A DNA stretch of 64,000 nucleotides from Eledone cirrhosa. Taxonomy: Eukaryota. Location: assembly GCA_964016885.1 (NCBI GenBank), contig OZ024741.1, forward strand, positions 351,292,001 to 351,356,000. Direction: 5' to 3'. The position numbers were made by a program, and so were the translations under genes. A model generated the notes under the pieces. The model was not told the DNA's origin. It did not search any database and saw nothing but the letters and a program-made list of their open reading frames with translations. This document shows, in pieces, positions 50,153-64,000 of this stretch. How positions within the stretch are numbered: the first letter of the stretch is position 1; the number at the start of each line of letters is the position of its first letter.

Positions 50153-51027
50153 TTCACTGCCGATCAGCTCGAGGAATTATTATTATGATTAGTGTGGTGT
50201 GTGGTGTGTGGTGTGTGTGTGTGGTGTGTGTGGTGTGTGTGGTGTGTGTGGTGTGTGTGTGTATGTGTGTGTGTGTGTGAATATAATTCCTATGGCTCCG
50301 GTTACCTATAAATCATATTCTCCCAGTTAGCATGACAGCAAGAAATGTGGGTAGAAGGTGTTTTCATAATTCAATTTATATCTGTATTTCTTTGCAATTC
50401 TAGCCGAGAACTACATTGGCTATGAATTCAAAGAATATTCTATTTTGGATTTCCGGCAAATGCATGTTCCCTATCGATTGTCGAATTTGTCTTCCTTGCG
50501 TGGTGTCACGTGTTTCTAACTGTTTCTCCCATAGTACAGCAGTAATTTTTGACGCGAAAGGTCGATAGACTATTAAGCCCTCTCTTGATATGGAGGGACC
50601 ATCACGCCGATGAAACGATATAGAAATGTCTTGTGTCCTTTAAGCAGGGTACAACCACCGTGTAGACAAGTGTAGATGCACACTTTTGATTAGTCTATAC
50701 TCGCAGAAACCAGAAGTTATTTTGGTTCGGGACAGATATTATATATTTACCATAATCCACAGATATTATATATTTACCCCCCCCCCCCCCATTACGAATA
50801 ACGTATTGTGTACACTCTGGGTACAGGTTTGCGCAGTCCTACGTTCAAACCTTATCTCATTGAGCGAGTATTGGAAGCAGTATTATGTGTATATATATAA
50901 ACATATACTCTTACAGCTGATACAGGCCAACTAAATACGCACACATACCTCTACTTTTCCCTTTACAGTTCTGAATACACACACTCCCTTATATTAACAT
51001 ACTTTTGCTCACAGCTCCGTACTTACA

Positions 51028-51134
<107 letters not shown>

Positions 51135-51984
51135 ACACACATATGGGTTTACGGAGTTTGGGTCAGGAAAGATGGAGGATGTCTTGGATCTAGTAAAGAC
51201 ATTTAGTTTGTCATTAACTTTGTTTTAATGAGTGTATTAGTTACGAGTTTGGCATCCGTTAGTCGTATCCACTGGGTGTTTTGGTTATTATTTGGTTTGT
51301 TTTAGAGTATATTATTTATGTATAAGGACATTCAGTGATTATTTTAATTTCAGTGAAAGATTCAGGAAAAGCTGGAATTAAATGCGCTAGAGTATTATTA
51401 AAACATTTTCCATGAGGTTTTTTAAAGCTTGCTGTTATTAAAAAAAAATACTTTTGAAGCTATAAAGTAAAAGTCCAGAATGCCTAGATAGCGAAGTTTT
51501 CAACGTTTATTCTGAAGAATTAGCTCAAATTCGTCTGCACTTGACTTTTGCCAGACACTCACACATACATATATACATACATGCATACGCATGCACACTC
51601 ACGCACACACACACATATACACATACTTACACACATATATATATGAGAGAATATGTTTGTCAGTATGAATCTATATATGTATTGCGTGAATTCAATGGTG
51701 TTGGAGTGGTTGTGCTCGTGGTGGTAGAAGTGGTAGTGGTGCTGTTATTGGTGTTGTTGTTGATGTTGGTGTTGGAGTTGGCGGTGGTGTTGGTAGTAGT
51801 GATGATGTTGAGAGTAAGACATCTAACGCATAGTTTTACAGATTGATGTTGGAAAAGGTCAAATATAATGGTGTTTGGAATAAGCGACAGTTAACGTCCT
51901 CGTTCATTCCAGTCATTCGTTAATGCAATGAAATGAAGTTACTGGTTTTACTGGCACTGAACTTTACATATTTTATGAGGAATG

Positions 51985-52039
<55 letters not shown>

Positions 52040-52149
52040 ATGTTTAATTGACAGTAGCATTAAGACAACGATTAAATATAATAGGGGTGTATATAAAAGT
52101 ATGTACTATATAGTAGCCGTGCTATCGAAGAAACGTATTTTTTTGTAAG

Positions 52150-54300
<2,151 letters not shown>

Positions 54301-55095
54301 GATTTAGTCTTTAACAGCCGAGAATGACAAACAGCACTGGTTCAAGATTCATATATTTTTCATCGGTTATAATCATTTAACTGATAATGACATGGAAATA
54401 GACTAGTATCTACATACATGTAAATAGACATTGGAGCCTCGAGTAAGTTGAAATGTTTAGAAAATGTGAAAAATCTCGAATCTTCTGTGTTCAAGATTTT
54501 CCCCATATTCAAGATTTGTCTAAACATAGAATCTACACACAGAAAAGACGCAATGTTTAGACAAATCACAGAGGCAATAAACATAAATGAACTCCAACCA
54601 AATTAAATAGAAAACATGAGTGGAACAGCAACATCACAAGGACAAAATGAAAACACACACGCACATAGAACAAACAAACAACCAGTAACATGTAAATAAA
54701 CAAATAAATAAACAAATATAAACACACACAGACACCCGGATGTAACACATGCGCAAACTAAGCACACGACACACACACAAAAACAAGAAGGCGTAGGACA
54801 GAACAACAAAGAGAGGAAGAAAAACAAAGAAAAGAATCCCCAGTCATTGAAGAGGTCACAGAATGTGTGACGAAAGAACTTTGACAATATATAAACAATC
54901 ATCTGGTTGTGGAACCAACCAACCAACCGGAAATTTATAAATTCCTAAATTTATTAATTTATTATAATAAATTGAAGTAAAAGCAACTGGTGCGTGTGTT
55001 TCTTATTGGCAACATGACCATCCCAAAGTATAACAATATCGGTTTCAACACACGTTTTCAGATAAAGAATCTTGCTAAAAAAATTCAGAAACGAA

Positions 55096-55097
55096 AT

Positions 55098-55129
<32 letters not shown>

Positions 55130-55301
55130 ATATATATACATATATATATACATCTATATATATATATATACATATATATATATACATATATATATACATC
55201 TATATATATACATATATATATACATCTATATATATACATATATATACATATATATATATACATATATACATATATATACATATATATATATACATATATA
55301 C

Positions 55302-55337
<36 letters not shown>

Positions 55338-55499
55338 ACATATATATATATACATACATATATATATATACATATATATATATACATACATATATATATA
55401 TACATACATATATATATATACATATATATATATACATATATATATATACATATATATATATACATACATATATATATATACATATATATATATACATAC

Positions 55500-55580
<81 letters not shown>

Positions 55581-55793
55581 CATATATATATACATATATA
55601 TACATATATATATACATATATATATATATATACATATATATATACATATATATACATATATATATACATATATATATATATATACATATATATACATATA
55701 TATACATATATATATATATATATACATATATATACATATATATATATATATACATATATATACATATATATATATATATACATATATATATAC

Positions 55794-55828
<35 letters not shown>

Positions 55829-55886
55829 CATATATATACATATATATACATATATATATATATACATATATATACATATATATATA
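55096..55886. repeat. Compound (TA)n/CA microsatellite
   Basis: Low-complexity array. Confidence 0.98.
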
Positions 55887-55911
55887 TTGGAATAAATGCT
55901 CTGAAATAGCG

Positions 55912-56102
55912 ATATATATGTGAATATAGACATAGAATATTCGAAAATATTCTGTATGTTTATAATAAACATTTTGAAGACCTAATCGCTATAGAATAGA
56001 ATACGTGACGTATTCTATTCTATAGCGATTAGGTCTTCAAAATGTTTATTATAAACATACAGAATATTTTCGAATATTCTATGTCTATATTCACATATAT
56101 AT
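55912..56102. repeat. Perfect palindrome (~95-bp arms, 1-nt centre at 56007)
   Basis: tgtgaatatagacatag...agaatacgt-g-acgtattct...ctatgtctatattcaca. Confidence 0.95.
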
Positions 56103-57666
56103 ATATATACATATATATACATATACATATATATACATATACATATATATACATATATATACATATACATATATATACATATATATATATACATATATAT
56201 ATATATACATATATATACAGATATATATATATATATACATATACATACATATATATACATATATATACAGATATATACATATATATACATATACATACAT
56301 ATACATACATATACATACATATACATACATATACATACATATACATACATATATATACATATATATACATATATATACATATATATTCATATACATATAT
56401 ATTCATATACATACATATATATATATACTTATACATATATACATATACATATATATATATACATATATATACATATATATACATATATATATATATACAT
56501 ATATATATATACACATATATATACATATATATACATATATATATATATACATATATATATATACACATATATATACATATATACTTATATATATATATAC
56601 ATATATATATACATATATATATATATACATATATATATATACACATATATATACATATATACTTATATATATATATACATATATATATACATATATATAT
56701 ATATATACATATATACATATATATATATATATACATATATACATATATATATATATATACACATATATACATATATATATATATATACACATATATACAT
56801 ATATACATATATATATATATATACACATATATACATATATACATATATATATATATATACACATATATACATATATATATACATATATACATATATATAC
56901 ATATATACATATATACATATATATATACATATATATATATATATACATATATATACATATACATATATACATCTATATATATATATACATATATACATAT
57001 ATACATATATATATATATACACACATATATATATATACATATATACACACATATATATATATACATATATACACATATATACATATATATATACATATAT
57101 ATATATACACATATATACATATATACATATATATATATATACACATATATATATATACACATATATATATATACACATATATACATATATATATATACAC
57201 ATATATACATATATACACATATATACATATATATATATATACACATATATACATATATATATATACACATATATACATATATATATATACACATATATAT
57301 ACATATATATATATACACATATATATACATATATATATATACACATATATACATATATATACATATACATATATATATATACATATATACATATATATAT
57401 ATACATATATATACATATATATATATATACATATATATACATATATATATATATACATATATATACATATATATACATATATATATATATATATACATAT
57501 ATATATACATATATATACACATATATATACATATATATATATACATATATATATATACATATATATATATACATATATATATACATATATATACATATAC
57601 ATATATATATACATATATATACATATATATATATATATATACATATATATACATATATATATATAC

Positions 57667-57747
<81 letters not shown>

Positions 57748-58114
57748 TACATATATACATATATATACATATATATATATATACACATATCTATATATAT
57801 ACACATATATACATATATACACATATATACATATATACATATATACACATATATACATATATACATATATATACATATATATATATATATACACATATAT
57901 ACATATATATACACATATATACATATATATATACATATATATACATATATATATACACATACATATATATATACACATATATACATATATACATATGTAT
58001 ATATATATATACACATATATATATATATACACATATATACATATATACACATATATACATATATATACATACACATATATACATATACATATATATATAT
58101 ATACACATATATAC

Positions 58115-58145
<31 letters not shown>

Positions 58146-58646
58146 CACACATATATATATACACATATATATATATATATACACATATATATATATACAC
58201 ATATATATATATACACATATATACATGTATATATACATATATATGTATACATATATATATATACACATATATACATATATATACACATATATACATATAT
58301 ATATACATATATACATATATATACATATATATATACACATATATACATATATATATACATATATATATATACATATATATATACATATATACATATATAT
58401 ACATATATATATACATATATACATATATATACATATATATATACATATATACATATATATACATATATATATACATATATACATATATATACATATATAC
58501 ATATATATACATATATATACATATATATATACATATATATATACATATATATACATATATATATATACATATATATACATATATATATATACATATATAT
58601 ACATATATATATATACATATATACATATATATACATATATATATAC
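56103..58646. repeat. Compound (TA)n/CA microsatellite (~2.5 kb)
   Basis: Low-complexity array. Confidence 0.98.
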
Positions 58647-58812
58647 ATGGACACACTAGAAGAGGAAGACCAAGGTTAACATATGTTGATGCCCTAAGGA
58701 CAGACACTGGTCTGTTGGAGATGCAGGATATGGCAGCGATAATGAGGGACAGAGACCGCTGGAGAGAACTCGTCCATGGATCTCTGGAATTTTACCCGCC
58801 TTAGATAGATAG
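58647..58812 (+). mobile_element. RTE LINE extreme 3' end inserted in a microsatellite
   Basis: [22 protein letters not shown]...MRDRDRWR, then a (TAGA)n tail. Confidence 0.75.
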
Positions 58813-59161
58813 ATATATACATATACATATACATATATATACGTATATAACTATATACATATATATATACATATACATATATATACATATATATATATAC
58901 ATATACATATATATACATATATATATATACATATATATATATACATATATATATACATATATATATACATATACATATATATATATATATACATATATAT
59001 ATACATATACATATATATATATATATACATATATATATACATATACATATATATATACATATACATATATATATATACATATACATATATATATACATAT
59101 ACATATATATATACATATACATATATATATACATATACATATATATATACATATACATATA

Positions 59162-59193
<32 letters not shown>

Positions 59194-59582
59194 CATATAC
59201 ATATATATATACATATATATATACATATACATATATATATATACATATATATATACATATATATATACATATACATATATATATATACATATATATATAC
59301 ATATACATATATATATATACATATATATATACATATATATATACATATATATATACATATACATATATATATATACATATATATATACATATACATATAC
59401 ATATATATATATACATATACATATATATATACATATATATATATACATATACATATACATATACATATATATATATACATATACATATATATATACATAT
59501 ATATATATACATATACATATACATATACATATATATATATACATATACATATATATATACATATATATATATACATATATAT

Positions 59583-59624
<42 letters not shown>

Positions 59625-60130
59625 ACATATATATATATACATATATATATACATATACATATATATATACATATATGCATATACATATATATATACATAT
59701 ACATATATATATACATATATATATACATATATATATACATATATATATACATATATATATGCATATACATATACATATACATATATATATATATACATAT
59801 ACATATATATATATACATATATATACATATTCATATACATATATATATATACATATATATACATATTCATATACATATACATATATACATATACATATAC
59901 ATATATATATACATATACATATATACATATACATATATATACATATACATATATATACATATATATATACATATATATACATATATATATACATATACAT
60001 ATATATACATATACATATATATACATATACATATACATATATATATACATATACATATATATACATATATATATACATATACATACATATACATATATAT
60101 ACATATATATATATATATACATATATATAC

Positions 60131-60199
<69 letters not shown>

Positions 60200-60272
60200 T
60201 ATACATATACATATATATACATATATATACATATACATATATATACATATATATACATATATATATATATAC

Positions 60273-60355
<83 letters not shown>

Positions 60356-60452
60356 CATATATATACATATATATATATACATATATATACATATATATAT
60401 ATATACATATACATATATATATATATACATATATATACATATATATATATAT

Positions 60453-60517
<65 letters not shown>

Positions 60518-60640
60518 CATATATATACATATATATATACATATATACACATATACATATATATATACATATATATATATATACATATATATGTATATAC
60601 ATATATATGTATATACATATACATATATATATATATATAT
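58813..60640. repeat. Compound (TA)n/CA microsatellite (~1.8 kb)
   Basis: Low-complexity array. Confidence 0.98.
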
Positions 60641-60700
60641 TCTCTTTTACTCTTTTACCTGTTTCAGCCATCCGGTTGAGGCCATGCTGGGGCACCGCCC
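60641..60700 (-). mobile_element. Short retroposon 3' tail (also at 44685-44743 and 32074-32112)
   Basis: ctcttttactcttttacctgtttcagccatccggttgaggccatgctggggcaccgc occurs three times in the window, always beside (TA)n. Confidence 0.65.
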
Positions 60701-60784
60701 TTGTTGCTACACATTTTATCTCCAGCCTGTATAGGTTGGCCACTGGTGTAGGAGGGAGTTTGTTGCTGCTGCCCTTAGGTTATA

Positions 60785-60818
<34 letters not shown>

Positions 60819-60911
60819 CATATATATATACATATATATACATATACATATATATATACATATATATATACATATACATACATATATACATATACATACA
60901 TATATATATAC

Positions 60912-60968
<57 letters not shown>

Positions 60969-60982
60969 CATATATATATATG

Positions 60983-61074
<92 letters not shown>

Positions 61075-61167
61075 CATACGTAGGTCCCGGGTTGAGTCGG
61101 GGATAACCACAGTAAGTAAGGTACTCAATACATGGCAGAGTAAAATATTTTTATATTTTGTAGAAAG

Positions 61168-61218
61168 AGCTTCTACAGGACTAGTACTGTTTCATTCAGA
61201 TGAAATCTTCAGGAAGCT
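61168..61218 (-). ncRNA. Type I hammerhead ribozyme, intact core
   Basis: agcttc-CTGAAGA-tttcatctgaat-GAAA-cag tactagtc ctg-TA-gaagct. Confidence 0.8.
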
Positions 61219-62003
61219 GGGTGTCATATTAAGTTCTGGTATTTATACATTTAGGTAGTGGTAAGGGAGGGGTGGTGGAAGGGTGGGTGGGGGATGGTAT
61301 TTAGGTACACAGGCCACTTCATGGCACAGGCCGTTTTTTCTTTGGGGAGTGGTCAATTAGCCAGAGTGCTTTTTTGAAATAAATAAATAAGTAAATAAAT
61401 AAATAAATAGATAAAAGAATAAATAAATAAAATAAATAAAAAACTAAATAAATTAAAAAAATAAATAAATAAAACCCCAAGATTAGTAATTCAACAGATA
61501 TATAATAGGGAAATTTAGGTGGGTTGGTAATAGAAATTAAACATTTAACAAGACCGAATCATGGCACAGAATGAGGTGAGTGGTCAAGTTAACATACAAG
61601 CCACAGGTGGCCAGAGTGTTTTTCTCTGGCCACCTGTGGCTTGTATGTTAACTTGACCACTCACCCCAGTCTGTGCCATGATTCGGTCTTGTTAAATGTT
61701 TAATTTCTATTACCAACCCACCTAAATTTCCCTACTATATATCTGTTGAATTACTATTCTTGGGGTTTTATTTATTTATTTTTGTAATTTATTTATTTTT
61801 TTATTTATTTTATTTATTTATTCTTTTATCTATTTATTTATTTACTTATTTATTTATTTCAAAAAAGCACTCTGGCTAATTGACCACTCCCCAAAGAAAA
61901 AACGGCCTGTGCCATGAAGTGGCCTGTGTACCTAAATACCCCCCCCTTCCACCCCCCTTACCACTACCTAAATGTATAAATACCAGAACTTAATATGACA
62001 CCC

Positions 62004-62054
62004 AGCTTCCTGAAGATTTCATCTGAATGAAACAGTACTAGTCCTGTAGAAGCT
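62004..62054 (+). ncRNA. Type I hammerhead ribozyme, intact core
   Basis: Exact inverted copy of 61168-61218; 6-bp stem I, 4-bp stem III, GUA triplet. Confidence 0.8.
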
Positions 62055-62085
62055 CCTTCTATAAAATATATATACATATATATAC

Positions 62086-62142
<57 letters not shown>

Positions 62143-62508
62143 CATATATACATATATATATATACACATATATATATACACATATACATATACATATATA
62201 CACATACATATATATACATATACATATATACATATATACATATACATATATATCTATACATATATATATAGATATATATGTATATACATATATATCTATA
62301 TATACATATATATATATATACATATAAATCTATATATACATATATATATATATACATATAAATCTATAATACATATATATATATACATATAAATCTATAT
62401 ATACATATATATATACATATAAATCTATATATATATATATACATTTAAATCTATATATACATATATATATATATACATATAAATCTATATGTATATATAT
62501 ATATATAT

Positions 62509-62860
62509 AAGGCTTGGGCCCCGTGCTATCCGTCCCATTCAAAAATCTAAATCGCAACTCATAACAACAATACGGCACAATTATTTCACCTCAATCGGCC
62601 CTGCTCTCTTCAACATCACACCAGGACACGTCAAAACAGAAACTGACCACACAAAATTCAAGAAGTCTTTGGACAAATTCCTCCAAGTAATCCCGGACAA
62701 ACCACCCACACCCGGATATGTCTCCGCAAACAGTAATTCTCTTCTCGAATGGGCCATGGTGCCCAAATCCTGAATTGAAAGACTTCGCCAGGTGGTGCTA
62801 TTAAGTTAGACATGGCCTGGGCCAATACTGGCCAAAACATTTCAAAGTTATTCAAAGTTA
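62509..62860 (+). mobile_element. CR1-group LINE 3' end
   Basis: [12 protein letters not shown]...FKKSLDKFLQVIPDKP...NSNSLLEW*, short 3'UTR, tandem tail ttcaaagttattcaaagtta. Confidence 0.7.
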
Positions 62861-63040
62861 TATATACATATATATATATACATATAAATCTATATATACA
62901 TATATATATATATACATATAAATCTCTCTCTCTATATATATCTATCTATATATATATCTATCTATCTATATATATACATATATATCTATCTATATATATA
63001 CATATATATCTATCTATATATATACATATATATCTATCTA

Positions 63041-63083
<43 letters not shown>

Positions 63084-63104
63084 ATCTATCTATCTATCTA
63101 TCTA

Positions 63105-63180
<76 letters not shown>

Positions 63181-63187
63181 TATCTAC

Positions 63188-63760
63188 GTTATTCCGGGTT
63201 GAATCGGAGGTAACCACAGTAAGTAAGGTACTCAATACATAGCAGAGTATAAAAGTTTTAATATAGATGAGATTCTACAGGACTAGAACTGTTTCATTCT
63301 TTAGAAATCATCAGGAATCTGGGTATCAAAAAATAAATATGGTATTTATAGGTCTCTACAAGTGGTAGAAGAGGGTGGGGAGTGGGATGGGTGTAGGTCA
63401 TTGGTTGATAGAAAAGGGAATTCATTAAAAGCTAATTCTACAAAGCTATAGTTTATTTTTATTAATTTTTGTTTTTAGAGTAACAAAGGCAGACAGAATT
63501 CTATAAACAGGTTCCGGATGGCATACCATTCCTTGTTATTAAGTTTCTCTTAAGCTAACAGATGTCTATAAGATCAGTGGGGGGTTAGTCATGGTAGATA
63601 GAATTAAAGGAAAGGGAGATTCTTTAAAAGCTAAATTTATTAAGGTTCTACTAAGTGACAAAGGTTTAGAGAATTCTGTAGACAGATTCAAAATACTGAG
63701 TGCATATCTTACAATTATCTTCGAACTTCTCTTAAACTAATCAACTATATGCCAAAAATC
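63188..63760 (-). mobile_element. Penelope pLTR-type element (family of 3623 and 61081)
   Basis: Shared terminus and HHR; AT-rich body with an internal duplication. Confidence 0.7.
63270..63320 (-). ncRNA. Type I hammerhead ribozyme, intact core
   Basis: agattc-CTGATGA-tttctaaagaat-GAAA-cag ttctagtc ctg-TA-gaatct; stem I covaries with the 62004 copy (gattc/gaatc vs gcttc/gaagc). Confidence 0.82.
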
Positions 63761-63842
63761 AACAGACACATTCACAAAAAAACACACTCACTCACACACT
63801 CGCGCGCAACCATAAACACACATACACATATACACACATAAA

Positions 63843-63873
<31 letters not shown>

Positions 63874-63901
63874 CACACATATATATATACACACACACAT
63901 A

Positions 63902-63941
<40 letters not shown>

Positions 63942-64000
63942 CACATATAAATACACTCACACACATACATACAAACACACAAATATACATATACATATAT

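Larger units (their letters stand above)
61081..62069. mobile_element. Palindromic pLTR-type element with an HHR in each arm
   Basis: Arms 61153-61616 and 61624-62069, loop tgttttt; bounded by microsatellites. Confidence 0.9.

Noticed and set aside
55035-55066. Minus-strand CTGAAAA...GAAA motif (similar weak cases at 50605 and 35855)
   Set aside because: Core mutation plus poor stems; indistinguishable from chance by eye

Overview
Repeat-dominated animal genomic DNA. The SINE families, the huge compound (TA)n/(TACA)n microsatellites and the LINE repertoire look like an octopus/cephalopod genome (inference). Only one host coding exon is recognisable: a minus-strand arylsulfatase B-like exon (18168-18443) carrying the CTPSR formylglycine motif. 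The rest is microsatellite plus transposon material: a nearly intact L1/Tx1-type ORF2, R4/Dong-like, CRE-like, RTE and CR1-like fragments, four Penelope-like (RT/GIY-YIG) fragments, a solo LTR, two Helitron-like elements, several MITEs and many tRNA-derived SINEs. The most striking unannotated signal is a dense set of minimal type I hammerhead ribozyme (HHR) motifs, about 15 intact or decayed copies folded by eye. They include a U3-A8 covariant core and long-stem-II forms. They sit in microsatellite-bounded modules that are often built as long fold-back palindromes, with arms up to about 460 bp and an HHR at each end. Penelope-associated HHRs are known in general; the variant cores, the palindrome architecture and a fold-back copy of host flank are what deserve follow-up. 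All structure calls are manual, with no database search or folding software.
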